64,000 nucleotides of DNA from Escherichia phage AV117. The stretch lies in the sequence record OR352947.1; one strand, written 5' to 3'. Positions 51,539 through 61,256 of this stretch are shown here, piece by piece. Made by a program: the position numbers and the translations under genes. Each line of letters opens with the position of its first letter. Position 1 is the first letter of the stretch. The notes beneath the pieces are model-generated. The model made no database searches. It worked only from the letters and a program-made list of their open reading frames with translations, and was not told the DNA's origin.

Positions 51539-53352
51539 TGGTGTTTAACCCTATGCATGATTTCTTTATTTTTGCCGAGATTAAATCCACGTTCATTCGG
51601 ATTTCCAAGATAACCGCATGTTCTTCTTATTGTGTTCATCTTTTTAGGATCAGTTTCTCCACAAATAGAACAAACAAATCCGTTTTCGGTAGGAGTCATT
51701 TCATGGGTACTTCCACACGTAAAACATTTATCTACTGGCATATTAACACCAAAATAATCTAAATGTTGCGCAGCATAATCCCAGACAGCCTCAAGACCTT
51801 TTAGGTTATTTTTCATATCAGGAAGTTCAACATAAGAAATGTGTCCACCGGTCGCAATGAAATGATATGGGGCTTCGCGAGAAATCTTTTCAAACGGAGT
51901 AATATTTTCTTCTACTGAAACGTGGAAACTATTAGTGTACCAGCCTTTATCAGTAACATCTTTTACACTTCCATATTTTTCGATATCAAGTTTACAGAAG
52001 CGATAGCACAGGTTTTCAGCAGGTGTAGAATACAAGCTAAAAGCAAAACCGGTTCTTTCGGTCCACTGCTTAAGACGAGCATTCATTTTAGTTAAAATTT
52101 CCTTTCCAATATCACGACCGACAAGAATATTCAATTCGTGAATACCAATGTATCCTAAGGACACTGAACTTCTACCGTTTTTAAATAACTCAATTATATC
52201 GTCCTCAGGTTTAAGACGAACCCCGAATGCACCTTCTTGGTAAAGAATAGGAGCAACAGTAGCTTTAACTCCTTTTAAGGAACTAATTCTACACATCAAA
52301 GCTTCAAAACACAGATCCATTCGTTCATTAAATAGCTCAACAAATTTCTGTTCATTGAATTGTGTTCCAATATAAGAATCTAACGCAATACGAGGAAGAT
52401 TCAGTGTTACAACACCAAGATTATTACGTCCATCAAGAATTTCATTACCGGTCGAATCTTTCCATACGCTCAAGAAACTACGGCAACCCATTGGAGAAAC
52501 AGGAACAGATGAACCGGTGATAGCTTTATTATTCTTAACTGAAATAATATCAGGATACATTCTTTTGCTTGCGCATTCTAAAGCAAGCTGCTTAATATCA
52601 TAGTTCGGGTCGTCTTTATAAAGATTGACACCCTCTTCAACGAACATAACAAGTTTAGGGAAAATAGGAGTTATTCCATCACGACCAAGACCTTTGATAC
52701 GATTTTTCAGAATTGCTTTCTGAATCATTCGTTCAGTCCAGTCAGTTCCCGTGCCAAATGTAATTGTTACAAAAGGCGTTTGTCCGTTTGAACTAAAGAG
52801 AGTATTTACTTCGTATTCATACGCTTGGAATGCATCGTATACGTCTTTTTCTGTTTTAGATTGGGCATAATTCAACGCATCAGCGATTTGCCATTTTTCT
52901 GCATCCTCAATATGTTTTGCATAGGTGCGTTTAACATAAGGAGAAAGTACTTTATCTACATTAGCAAAAGTCGTTCCGCCGTACTGATGTGAAGCAACTT
53001 GTGCAGTAATTTGTGCCATAATTGCAGTAGCAACGCCGATTGATTTAGGAGTTTCAATTTGAGCATTGCCTAATTTAAATCCATTCTCAAGCATCCCCTT
53101 TAAATCGACTAAACAGCAATTAGTAAATGGAAGAGCAGGAGAATAATCAATATCATGGAAATGGATAATTCCGCTTTCATGTGCTTTCATAATAAAAGAC
53201 GGGACCATATTTTTGGCAATGTGCTTAGACACAATACCAGCCATAAGGTCCCGTTGAGTTGGAAAAACACGAGAATCTTTATTAGCATTCTCGTTCAAAA
53301 GATCTTTATTAGTTTTATGAATTAATCCTTCAATTTCTTTTTCAATTTTCAT
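51535..53352 (-). CDS. nrdD: anaerobic ribonucleoside-triphosphate reductase NrdD
   Basis: 605 aa; C-terminal zinc-ribbon cysteines and glycyl-radical motif RRTCGYLG; uninterrupted (no intron). Confidence 0.95.
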   Translation of the reverse strand: MKIEKEIEGLIHKTNKDLLNENANKDSRVFPTQRDLMAGIVSKHIAKNMVPSFIMKAHESGIIHFHDIDYSPALPFTNCCLVDLKGMLENGFKLGNAQIETPKSIGVATAIMAQITAQVASHQYGGTTFANVDKVLSPYVKRTYAKHIEDAEKWQIADALNYAQSKTEKDVYDAFQAYEYEVNTLFSSNGQTPFVTITFGTGTDWTERMIQKAILKNRIKGLGRDGITPIFPKLVMFVEEGVNLYKDDPNYDIKQLALECASKRMYPDIISVKNNKAITGSSVPVSPMGCRSFLSVWKDSTGNEILDGRNNLGVVTLNLPRIALDSYIGTQFNEQKFVELFNERMDLCFEALMCRISSLKGVKATVAPILYQEGAFGVRLKPEDDIIELFKNGRSSVSLGYIGIHELNILVGRDIGKEILTKMNARLKQWTERTGFAFSLYSTPAENLCYRFCKLDIEKYGSVKDVTDKGWYTNSFHVSVEENITPFEKISREAPYHFIATGGHISYVELPDMKNNLKGLEAVWDYAAQHLDYFGVNMPVDKCFTCGSTHEMTPTENGFVCSICGETDPKKMNTIRRTCGYLGNPNERGFNLGKNKEIMHRVKHQ

Positions 53353-53822
53353 TTTAAACTCTTTCTAAGCTGCTTTTTGAATGAAGCTATTAATTGTGTT
53401 TTGGTATCAGATTCATTATATTCAAATCCTCTTTGAAGCATCTCAGCCATCATTTCCTCTTTACCTAGTCTTGAGAACTCTTTAGTTTTGTCTGGAACAA
53501 AATTAGGATGGATATTATTATCAGAATAATCTTGTTTCAAATAAGCAAGAAGAGCTTCAAGCCATTCGAGGTAGTCGACATCACGTCCTTTAAGACCGGA
53601 ACGGTTGAACTTATGCTTCATTTGACCTTCTGCTGCGTTGCACAGATTACAGAGTAACCCACGAACTCTACCGGCTTGTGGCCCGTTTAATTCGTGGTCG
53701 TGGTCAAGGTGGTTACCTTGAACATCAGGGTCTAATTCACGGTGGCAAATAGGACACTTACCGTTCTGTGCATCATAAAATTTTTGTTTTTCTTCTTTAT
53801 ATTTTGCGCCTGATAATAACAT
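53349..53822 (-). CDS. 49: endonuclease VII (gp49, Holliday junction resolvase)
   Basis: 157 aa; near-identical to T4 gp49 as I recall it (KEEKQKFYDAQNGKC.IC.REL...HLDHDHELNGP.AG.VRGLLCNLCNAAEGQMKHKF...LQRGFEYNESDTKTQLIASFKKQLRKSLK). Confidence 0.95.
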   Translation of the reverse strand: MLLSGAKYKEEKQKFYDAQNGKCPICHRELDPDVQGNHLDHDHELNGPQAGRVRGLLCNLCNAAEGQMKHKFNRSGLKGRDVDYLEWLEALLAYLKQDYSDNNIHPNFVPDKTKEFSRLGKEEMMAEMLQRGFEYNESDTKTQLIASFKKQLRKSLK

Positions 53823-53851
53823 GATAAACCCTTACCTTAAATAGATAAGGG

Positions 53852-53859
53852 TATTTATA
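53852..53859 (-). promoter_or_regulatory. T4 late promoter TATAAATA upstream of gene 49
   Basis: tatttata on the plus strand about 30 nt before the gene 49 ATG. Confidence 0.6.
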
Positions 53860-53861
53860 AT

Positions 53862-54041
53862 TTAGTAAACGTTATAAAAGTCTCGATGAAAACGTTTATA
53901 TTGGCGAATCATTCTTTTAGTAGGACGTGTTACCGAAATGATTGAAGTCCTCATGTTCGGATTGTTTGGAGCACCAATTATAACAAATTTCCAAGATTTT
54001 TGACCGTTTGTTCTTTCGCCAAAAAATAATGCAGTTTTCAT
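53862..54041 (-). CDS. small basic protein (about 59 aa) with TRPTKRMIR motif
   Basis: MKTALFFGERTNGQKSWKFVIIGAPNNPNMRTSIISVTRPTKRMIRQYKRFHRDFYNVY; AAGGG RBS; below track cutoff; approximate. Confidence 0.4.
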   Translation of the reverse strand: MKTALFFGERTNGQKSWKFVIIGAPNNPNMRTSIISVTRPTKRMIRQYKRFHRDFYNVY

Positions 54042-54050
54042 AATAAGCCC

Positions 54051-54464
54051 TTAACTTAAACGTCTTTCTAAATATTCAATGTATTCCGCTGCGGCTTGCA
54101 TCAGATTACCTTCATAACCGTCATTATTTTCTTGGGCGGCTAATTTAGCTAAAGCATAAGAAATACGTTCACCTTCGAATTCGCCAAGTCCACCATCACA
54201 AACTACTTGGTCAATTTCTTCGAGTTCATCTATTGAATGGGATTCCCAGAAGCACCAAAGAGAAGTATCACGGTCATAGATGCAAAGTTTCTCACCTGTG
54301 TTCAACATCACTTCGATAATGCCATGGTCGCCATAACCATCTTCGGCAGTAGTACCAATTACCTTGATGATCGTATCTTTCTTTAATTCGGGAAACTTAT
54401 CTTGGAGTTCTTCGTCTTCTTTAACAATCTTGAACCATTTACCGCGAGTTTCAGAAATATTCAT
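54051..54464 (-). CDS. hypothetical acidic protein (137 aa)
   Basis: ORF. Confidence 0.5.
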   Translation of the reverse strand: MNISETRGKWFKIVKEDEELQDKFPELKKDTIIKVIGTTAEDGYGDHGIIEVMLNTGEKLCIYDRDTSLWCFWESHSIDELEEIDQVVCDGGLGEFEGERISYALAKLAAQENNDGYEGNLMQAAAEYIEYLERRLS

Positions 54465-54465
54465 A

Positions 54466-54663
54466 TCAATATTCTCTATAAAAGTTACGATGAGAACGTT
54501 TAGCTTTGCGAAGCTGACGTTTAGTAGGACGAACTGTAAATGGTTGTCCAGAGAAAAAATTTGGTTCAGTTTTAATCAACACATACCAATCGTGTTCGCC
54601 GCTTTTTAATAAACGATATAACAATTTAACTTGCATAATAATCTCTTCCAATTTCCAAATCAA
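54466..54663 (-). CDS. small basic protein with VRPTKRQLR motif (start probably MQVKLL at about 54636)
   Basis: paralog of the 53862-54041 and 25880-26092 ORFs. Confidence 0.45.
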   Translation of the reverse strand: MIWKLEEIIMQVKLLYRLLKSGEHDWYVLIKTEPNFFSGQPFTVRPTKRQLRKAKRSHRNFYREY

Positions 54664-54764
54664 TCATATCGTTTACTGTAGGTTCATCATAACACGTTTC
54701 TTCGTCGTTGTAAACTGTTTCGACGTCTGGCTCGACAGTTTCCCATCGAGCCGAATACCATGGT

Positions 54765-55121
54765 TTAACCCCGGAGTTTATTGAGCTCTTCATAATCAAT
54801 CCAGGATTCTAGCCCTGACGGCAGGTCACATTCAATGTTCCACAGAAGCTCTTCAACGGCTTGCAGGCGATTATATTCTTCAACGGTAATGGTAACCATT
54901 GGTGCAACCGGTTCCGCCTTTTTAACCATCATATCGTTCATCAGGACGTAAAGGTCATCACGAACGACGGTGTCGTTCCAACCCCATGATTTGGCTTCGT
55001 AAGCTAATGATGAAGGGAGCACATTTAAAACTTCAATAATAGTTGGAGCATCAGGACCAAGTTCATTGGCACAAACTTCGTATACATCTTGGAAATCTTT
55101 AAGATTTAATGAATATGTCAT
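54765..55121 (-). CDS. hypothetical protein (118 aa)
   Basis: ORF. Confidence 0.5.
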   Translation of the reverse strand: MTYSLNLKDFQDVYEVCANELGPDAPTIIEVLNVLPSSLAYEAKSWGWNDTVVRDDLYVLMNDMMVKKAEPVAPMVTITVEEYNRLQAVEELLWNIECDLPSGLESWIDYEELNKLRG

Positions 55122-55396
55122 TTAAAATATTCTCGCAGTTGGTCAAATCCACCAATATGACTTCCATCAGGAGCAAACACTTGAGGCATAGTCAATCCGA
55201 CTTGTGATTCACGTCCAAGCTTAACCAGAAGCTCAGCAATTTTCTCATCATCAAAAACACCTTTTTCTGGCATAACATTAATGAATTCGAATGGCTGTTT
55301 CTTAACAGTCAGCAATCGTTTCGCATTATCACAATAAATGCATTTATGAATAGTAGAGTCATACCCGTACACTTTAAACATTATTTTTCCTTTCAT
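55118..55396 (-). CDS. nrdC: thioredoxin/glutaredoxin NrdC
   Basis: start probably MFKVYGYDS; CIYC redox motif (T4 has CVYC); near-identical to T4 NrdC (87 aa) as I recall it. Confidence 0.9.
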   Translation of the reverse strand: MKGKIMFKVYGYDSTIHKCIYCDNAKRLLTVKKQPFEFINVMPEKGVFDDEKIAELLVKLGRESQVGLTMPQVFAPDGSHIGGFDQLREYFK

Positions 55397-55787
55397 CGAT
55401 TAAATATGTAATGCCAAATACAATACATGTAATAAAACCTGTGATACAGATAGAAACCAACAACACTGTACCAAAGAACCAAATCAAGTTATCTTTAGTA
55501 GTTTGTTTGATATCCATCTCACGAATTTCTATAGCTATCGTATCACCTTTATTCAGAAGCGTATAAAACGACGGTGATACATGCCTGTCAAAAACACGGC
55601 CTTGTTCATCTTTATAAACTGCAATAAATTCCAATTTAGAATATTTTCCTGTAGATTGGCCTGAGATTAATTCCACTACCTCCACAGGAATTACTTTAGT
55701 TTCCATGTAAGTATTCTGGCTGTTCCAAATGAATGGAATAATAGCAAAAACTAAAGCTGCGATAAAACAACGAAGGCTATATCTCAT
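55374..55787 (-). CDS. hypothetical membrane protein (137 aa)
   Basis: N- and C-terminal hydrophobic segments. Confidence 0.5.
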   Translation of the reverse strand: MRYSLRCFIAALVFAIIPFIWNSQNTYMETKVIPVEVVELISGQSTGKYSKLEFIAVYKDEQGRVFDRHVSPSFYTLLNKGDTIAIEIREMDIKQTTKDNLIWFFGTVLLVSICITGFITCIVFGITYLIDERKNNV

Positions 55788-56092
55788 TATAATGTTCTCT
55801 CAAATTTGTGGAAGCATTTACGGCATTTCAATTTCAAGTTATCAGTGGTCCAGTTAACCAGTTGGACTTGGATAGTTCCACATTCCGGGCACGGATGTTT
55901 TGCTGCCGTTTTGGCAGCATTTTCACGTCGTTCAACCATTTTCATTATTTCGTTCCATGCCGGAGGAACGAACTCTCCTTCACCGTGGATTTTATCTCGC
56001 TGAACAAATTCAATCTTTGAACTATCGTCAATAAACTTAACCAAGCCGTGATTAGTGCTCATATCAATATCCTCTAAAAGACGTAGTTTCAT
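55787..56092 (-). CDS. hypothetical zinc-ribbon protein (101 aa)
   Basis: CPECG...CRKC. Confidence 0.5.
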   Translation of the reverse strand: MKLRLLEDIDMSTNHGLVKFIDDSSKIEFVQRDKIHGEGEFVPPAWNEIMKMVERRENAAKTAAKHPCPECGTIQVQLVNWTTDNLKLKCRKCFHKFERTL

Positions 56093-57036
56093 TATAAAAC
56101 CTCAATGGCATTTCGTAAACCATCAGCTTTTGCATTCAGAGCTTTTAATGATTTAGTTTGTTCTGCAATCTGGGCTTCGACTTCTTTCAGGCGAGATTTG
56201 AGATATTCGCGTTCTTCTCTTAAGTTATCAACTTTTTCTGCTTTAGGCTCTTTAATAGGCTTATACTCGTTAGGGTTCTTCAACTTAATTTGAATGCGAG
56301 AACTGTATAACATTGAACCATTATCTTCGGTTTCATCATACATTTCTACCACGTCCATGATTCTTAACATCATGCGAAGTTTATAAGACAGCGAACGAAT
56401 GGTTTTGTTGTGCTTATTAATTTCTTCGGCTTTCATGGTACCGAGATTACGTGAGTAGTAATAAGGAACCTGGATATCAATTGATAATGATGCGGTACCA
56501 TTACCTGTTGGTTTGAACACTGCAGTAACCCAATCTTTAGCATGAACTGTATTTGTACGATCATCGCCACCTGTGAATAATTTACGTGAATGTTTAAAAA
56601 GCATATTCACTTGGTTATTGAATTCACAAGCAAATTTATCAGCAAATTTAGTTTCAGGAATGGTAGTTAACCAATCAGCCAAATGAGTCTTTTTAACATC
56701 ATTAACAATAGTGAATTCAACCAAATCGGTTTTAGATGTCACAGATTTAATAAAGCTCGGCTTCATAAAGTTTTTAATGTTATCGCGAGCTACAGTAGAA
56801 GATAATAAACGAGAACGTTTGAACCATTGAAGCAGTGTCCCTAATGAATGAGAATACGCATTCTGAGTATCTTTACAGATATGATTTTCTTGGCCTGTGT
56901 ATGTACCAAAATCGCGAAGAATACCACTTACTACATCTCGGTGTGGAACATCAAATCCTAGTGCACCAGTAGCGCGCTGAGCATGAACGTTAGCGATAAG
57001 ACCTGCAAAATAATCAATGTAATGTGAACGTGTCAT
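56092..57036 (-). CDS. hypothetical protein with C-terminal coiled coil (314 aa)
   Basis: C-terminal heptad-like LREEREYLKSRLKEVEAQIAEQTKSLKALNAKADGLRNAIEVL. Confidence 0.5.
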   Translation of the reverse strand: MTRSHYIDYFAGLIANVHAQRATGALGFDVPHRDVVSGILRDFGTYTGQENHICKDTQNAYSHSLGTLLQWFKRSRLLSSTVARDNIKNFMKPSFIKSVTSKTDLVEFTIVNDVKKTHLADWLTTIPETKFADKFACEFNNQVNMLFKHSRKLFTGGDDRTNTVHAKDWVTAVFKPTGNGTASLSIDIQVPYYYSRNLGTMKAEEINKHNKTIRSLSYKLRMMLRIMDVVEMYDETEDNGSMLYSSRIQIKLKNPNEYKPIKEPKAEKVDNLREEREYLKSRLKEVEAQIAEQTKSLKALNAKADGLRNAIEVL

Positions 57037-57054
57037 AATATTTTCCTCTCGTTA

Positions 57055-57094
57055 AGATAGAAAGATTATACTCCAACCATCCTTGGTTGTAAAC
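57055..57094 (-). promoter_or_regulatory. early promoter, near-identical duplicate of the 15205-15242 element
   Basis: gttaagatagaaagattatactccaaccatccttggttgtaaactg. Confidence 0.5.
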
Positions 57095-57098
57095 TGAT

Positions 57099-58031
57099 TT
57101 ATGATTTTAATGCATTCATTGCGTTAAAAAGTTTAGAGTACTGCAACTGGAGCTTGGTAACTACTTGTTGAGCATCACGAAGCTTAGCTTGTGCTTTGTC
57201 AAGTTCAACAGACAGTTGGTCCGCAGTGGCTTTGATTTGATTATAATAGTAATCTTCGGCAGGAAGAAGACCGTTAGAGATTTCCAGTTTAGTCGACGGT
57301 GTGCCATTAAACATAACAGGTTGTGCTGAAGCCGCATTAATCTTACCGATAGTCGGGGCGACAATAATTGACGCTTCGAACGTTGCATTTTCCTTTTTAA
57401 GATTTTTATAATATTCAGAGTCTTTGTGCCACCATGGCGCAGGAACCTTTTTACCAATAGATACACGAGCCTGGATAGCGATATGGCCCTTATTCTTGAT
57501 AACGTCGATAATATTAAGCTCACGAGAATAAATTGCTTTAATCTGGTAAATATTATCACCTAACACTTCCAACGCTTGGTGGAATACACGAGCAACGTTA
57601 TCATTCTTAGGTTTATACGTAAGAGTGAACTCGTTCTCACTGATAACCATGATTTCTAACTTATCGTAAGTATATTTCAAATGTTTCATGTTAATTGCTT
57701 GAGGACGAATACGAGAAGCAATGGCCATCAGATTGTTAAGGTTATTTCTGAACTGTTTAGCAAAATATTGTCCTTCACCGCCAATACAAAAATTACGAAG
57801 TTTCTGTTTGGCTAATAAACGACTGAACTCGCCATTTTTAATGAACTCTTTAACTGGTGTGTTAGTAACGCATTCAAATTGAGTAAACTTACGAGAAGTA
57901 ATCCCATAATATGAACAGATTTCCTCAATCTCTTCAGGAGTCTTTACAGGCATACGGATAGGATTAGGTCCTGGGGTATATGCGTTCGAGGTAAATTCTT
58001 TGATAAGTTCTCTACGTGTAATAAAAGCCAT
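57099..58031 (-). CDS. hypothetical protein with C-terminal coiled coil (310 aa)
   Basis: C-terminal ADQLSVELDKAQAKLRDAQQVVTKLQLQYSKLFNAMNALKS. Confidence 0.5.
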   Translation of the reverse strand: MAFITRRELIKEFTSNAYTPGPNPIRMPVKTPEEIEEICSYYGITSRKFTQFECVTNTPVKEFIKNGEFSRLLAKQKLRNFCIGGEGQYFAKQFRNNLNNLMAIASRIRPQAINMKHLKYTYDKLEIMVISENEFTLTYKPKNDNVARVFHQALEVLGDNIYQIKAIYSRELNIIDVIKNKGHIAIQARVSIGKKVPAPWWHKDSEYYKNLKKENATFEASIIVAPTIGKINAASAQPVMFNGTPSTKLEISNGLLPAEDYYYNQIKATADQLSVELDKAQAKLRDAQQVVTKLQLQYSKLFNAMNALKS

Positions 58032-58044
58032 TTTATATTCCTCA

Positions 58045-58086
58045 TGTTGAAAAATTTATTATACTCCAACCATCCCTGGTTGTACA
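58045..58086 (-). promoter_or_regulatory. early promoter, third member of the TATACTCCAACC repeat family
   Basis: TGTACA-N17-TATAAT then GAGGAA RBS. Confidence 0.5.
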
Positions 58087-59082
58087 TCATTCCTTAAGAA
58101 GTTTTACTACTTGAATAAGATTAGCTCGTTCCGTTTTATTTTTACCATTTAAGCCTGCTAATCGTGAGATTTCATCATCAGTCTGTTGAATAGTTACATT
58201 AAGTTCGTTAATCAAAGCTTCAAAGTATTTGATTTGCTCAGCATGTTTTGATTCAAATTTCTGAACCGGAATAACGTCTTGGTTCAGTTCATCAATAAGG
58301 TCTTTAAGAGCATCTTCTTGGTTGATATCATATTCAACTTCTTTTATTTCTTCAACGAGCTCGTCTTTATATCTAACGTCTTTTAGTCCTGGTGCTGGTC
58401 CTGAAATCTCTTCTTTAAGAGTACAAACATATCCAATACGGTATCCAATGCCGTCTCGCTTGATATCAACTTCGTCAATAAATCCACAATGTTTAAGACC
58501 AGAGCCGATTAGGTCAAAATATCCTTGACGTCGTCCTTCAAACGTTACACGAACTACTAAGACAGTTTTACCTGCAACCTTTTGAAGCTCACATTTATAA
58601 AAGTTTGTTGAACCTGAATACCGTGGATGAGTTTTAAAGTTCATCTGACGATCTAGGCCCATTTGTAAGCGTGCTGATACGGCCATAAAACGTGTTTGGT
58701 TCTCGTTAAGATGAGCAACAATCCATTTCAAAGGCATTTTACACTGTTCACGACCGAACAAATCAGTACGTCCTAGATTACGCAGAATGTTGTTAGAGTT
58801 AATCATCGACAGAACGTTAAGTTTATTCAGCGCGCTGAAGATTCCATCAGCCATTGATTTTCCGTAACCTTTACACGCTTTAATAAGCGCTCGCGGTAGA
58901 TTAGTATAAATTTCAGACGGCATATGAAAATCAAATTTACTAGTCAGTAATTGATGAACTTGGATAGCAATTTGCTCATAATTAAGTGCTCTGCGATCAT
59001 TATGGTCTTTAAACCACACTTTAATCTGTGAAGCACATAAACCGTTAATTTCATGTTTTACCGCATCAGATGTAATGCTCAT
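58087..59082 (-). CDS. hypothetical protein with C-terminal coiled coil (331 aa)
   Basis: C-terminal heptad-like region after residue 240. Confidence 0.5.
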   Translation of the reverse strand: MSITSDAVKHEINGLCASQIKVWFKDHNDRRALNYEQIAIQVHQLLTSKFDFHMPSEIYTNLPRALIKACKGYGKSMADGIFSALNKLNVLSMINSNNILRNLGRTDLFGREQCKMPLKWIVAHLNENQTRFMAVSARLQMGLDRQMNFKTHPRYSGSTNFYKCELQKVAGKTVLVVRVTFEGRRQGYFDLIGSGLKHCGFIDEVDIKRDGIGYRIGYVCTLKEEISGPAPGLKDVRYKDELVEEIKEVEYDINQEDALKDLIDELNQDVIPVQKFESKHAEQIKYFEALINELNVTIQQTDDEISRLAGLNGKNKTERANLIQVVKLLKE

Positions 59083-59144
59083 AACTATTTCCTCAGATTG
59101 AATTGGAACTCAAAACCATTATAACCCGTCCTTGGGTAAAGCGT

Positions 59145-59672
59145 TTATGCGTGAACCGTCTTTAAACGTTCTTCAAATTTCCGAAGAGTACTAATACGTT
59201 CTGCTTTCTGTTTTGTATAGTTTGCAATACGTTCTGAAGTGAGAGCGTATCGTTCATTTACTGTTTCTTTCATGAAGTCAGGGATTTCACGAGAAGCTTT
59301 AATTTCATCAAACTTATCGAGTACTGCCTGGTCTTCAGCGATTAAATTTTCGTACATCTCGATATCTTTCTTGATAAACTCGATATCTTCCTGGGTTACT
59401 TTGGATAAACGAGATGCTTTATCCTTTTTGTACTGCTCGTTAGTTTCACGAGACCAGAATAATGTACGTTTTTTGTTAGTGTTTTTGTAGACTTCCACAA
59501 TTCCAACTGAATCGATGATAGCAATCCAATTCCAGCGAGATTTGAAAATCTGACCTCCGTCTACGGTAATCTCGTTACCATAAGCAACGTCATTAAAGAA
59601 CTTGCTTTGTGCTTCAGATTTAAATTTACCGTCGTTATAATTTACCAGGTTGAAAATATCTTTAGCGTTCAT
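59145..59672 (-). CDS. hypothetical protein (175 aa)
   Basis: predicted helical/coiled-coil C-terminal half. Confidence 0.5.
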   Translation of the reverse strand: MNAKDIFNLVNYNDGKFKSEAQSKFFNDVAYGNEITVDGGQIFKSRWNWIAIIDSVGIVEVYKNTNKKRTLFWSRETNEQYKKDKASRLSKVTQEDIEFIKKDIEMYENLIAEDQAVLDKFDEIKASREIPDFMKETVNERYALTSERIANYTKQKAERISTLRKFEERLKTVHA

Positions 59673-59681
59673 GTTTTACCT

Positions 59682-59728
59682 CCAGTAGTTGATAGGTCTA
59701 TAATAACATAACCATAGACCTTGTAAAC
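59682..59728 (-). promoter_or_regulatory. early promoter, partial duplicate of the 26608-26654 element
   Basis: ccagtagttgataggtctataataaca shared; GTTTAC-N17-TATTAT. Confidence 0.5.
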
Positions 59729-59730
59729 AA

Positions 59731-60018
59731 CTAAAAGAAACTTTTTTCGGTATTTTTTCCACTGAACCAAACCGATTTCGGAATTTTCTGTAATTTTTCA
59801 GATTTAAGTTTCTCTTCCTGTTCTTTCTTATATGCATCCTTGTCGTACTGGAACAACTCTAGGGCATTCTTTTGCAAACGATCTAAGGTAATTAAGGCTT
59901 TAGTTTTTCCTTTCAAGGAAGAGTCCTGGCGAACCTCCTCGCTGTATTGCATCGTAGAACTAACCATACGATGAGCATACAGTTCGACTGCGGCTTTAAT
60001 TTTTTGCATAAAATCCAT
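59731..60018 (-). CDS. hypothetical protein (95 aa)
   Basis: ORF. Confidence 0.4.
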   Translation of the reverse strand: MDFMQKIKAAVELYAHRMVSSTMQYSEEVRQDSSLKGKTKALITLDRLQKNALELFQYDKDAYKKEQEEKLKSEKLQKIPKSVWFSGKNTEKSFF

Positions 60019-60156
60019 AACATATCCTCTTTGATTTGTATACCATTATTTTTAAATATTTCTATGCCCTCAGTAGGTTCCTGGTGTCCTTCTTTGAGGT
60101 AAGCCATATGATTATTCATCTTTATGGCTTTTGTTACCTCAGAACTTCCTATAAGC

Positions 60157-61158
60157 TTATTTCAGTAAAGTTACTTCAGAGATTTCCTCCCAACCATCTT
60201 TATCAGTTGAAATAAAATCTGCTACATAAAGAGCCGTACGTAATGATACATTGCGAAGACGAGATACGTTGGCCTTCATCCAGGACAATGCTTTATACGT
60301 TTCTGCATCTGTCAGACCACGTTTCTGCATCATGTCAGTAGATAATATTACATCTTCAACTCGAACCATAATCTCTTCATTAGAGTGTACTCCGAGGTCG
60401 AGATACACTGAACGAGATACTAAAGCTTGAAGGTGTGGGGCAAGTTTCGAACCGCGTTCTAACTCTTTATCGATATCAACGTTTGTAATGAAAACGATAG
60501 TACCTTCAAACTCAAATTCTTTATCAATACCCTTATCATCGAGATAAGATGACGCAGTGCTCCAGCAAACTTTGCGTTTATCTCCAGTATCTAATGCTGC
60601 TTTAAGAAGGTTCAAGATGTCCATATCCGAGAATACGTCAACGTCGTCGATTAAGAGAACGCTGTCTGCATCACGGTTGAGCCAAAGTTGTTCGTAAAGG
60701 CCAATACCAGAGATTTTACCATTAATGCTTTTGTATTTGATGAAACCATTATCATTAGCATTATTAAGTGCTTTATCCAGAGAATACGTCTTACCAATAC
60801 CAGCTGCACCTGAAATAATGAGTGAACGAATTTTGCCATCGATAATGCCATTCGTCATCATGTTCATTACTTTAAAGCGTTTGTTGATACGAGTTTTCAT
60901 ATCTTCAGTGCTTTCAACAACTGCAACTGGTGATGTCTCAACTCCTTCCATTACGATGTCTGATTTGAAGACCCATACTCCACGTTCAGAACCATCAATC
61001 ATAACGAAAATTTTACCATCACCTAAGTGGGAACATTCAGGATTAAGCTTTGCCGGGAACCATGTCTTTGTGGCAACATAAGAACCAGAGATTTCGTTAT
61101 TACGATAGATACCTTTTTTGATTTGAACGTTGAACATTTTATTCTCCAATTTACTCAT
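60157..61158 (-). CDS. P-loop NTPase of unknown function (333 aa)
   Basis: Walker A SGAAGIGKT and Walker B VLLIDDVD; N-terminal domain of about 110 aa with no recognised motif. Confidence 0.55.
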   Translation of the reverse strand: MSKLENKMFNVQIKKGIYRNNEISGSYVATKTWFPAKLNPECSHLGDGKIFVMIDGSERGVWVFKSDIVMEGVETSPVAVVESTEDMKTRINKRFKVMNMMTNGIIDGKIRSLIISGAAGIGKTYSLDKALNNANDNGFIKYKSINGKISGIGLYEQLWLNRDADSVLLIDDVDVFSDMDILNLLKAALDTGDKRKVCWSTASSYLDDKGIDKEFEFEGTIVFITNVDIDKELERGSKLAPHLQALVSRSVYLDLGVHSNEEIMVRVEDVILSTDMMQKRGLTDAETYKALSWMKANVSRLRNVSLRTALYVADFISTDKDGWEEISEVTLLK

Positions 61159-61164
61159 TTCGTT

Positions 61165-61205
61165 TCGATAGGTCTATAATAACATATCCTAAAAGCATGT
61201 ACACT
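61165..61205 (-). promoter_or_regulatory. early promoter downstream of the 61236-61253 terminator
   Basis: GTGTAC-N17/18-TATTAT-AGACCTATC. Confidence 0.5.
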
Positions 61206-61235
61206 ACTTTTTTAAAAATATTTTAACCCCCTAAA

Positions 61236-61253
61236 GGGACCCGAAGGTCCCCA
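61236..61253 (-). terminator. UUCG-tetraloop hairpin after the small secreted-protein gene
   Basis: gggacc-cgaa-ggtcccc. Confidence 0.5.
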
Positions 61254-61256
61254 CAT

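Noticed and set aside
51535-53352. Possible group I intron in nrdD, as in T4
   Set aside because: The NrdD ORF is continuous (605 aa) through the glycyl-radical motif. No interruption is visible.
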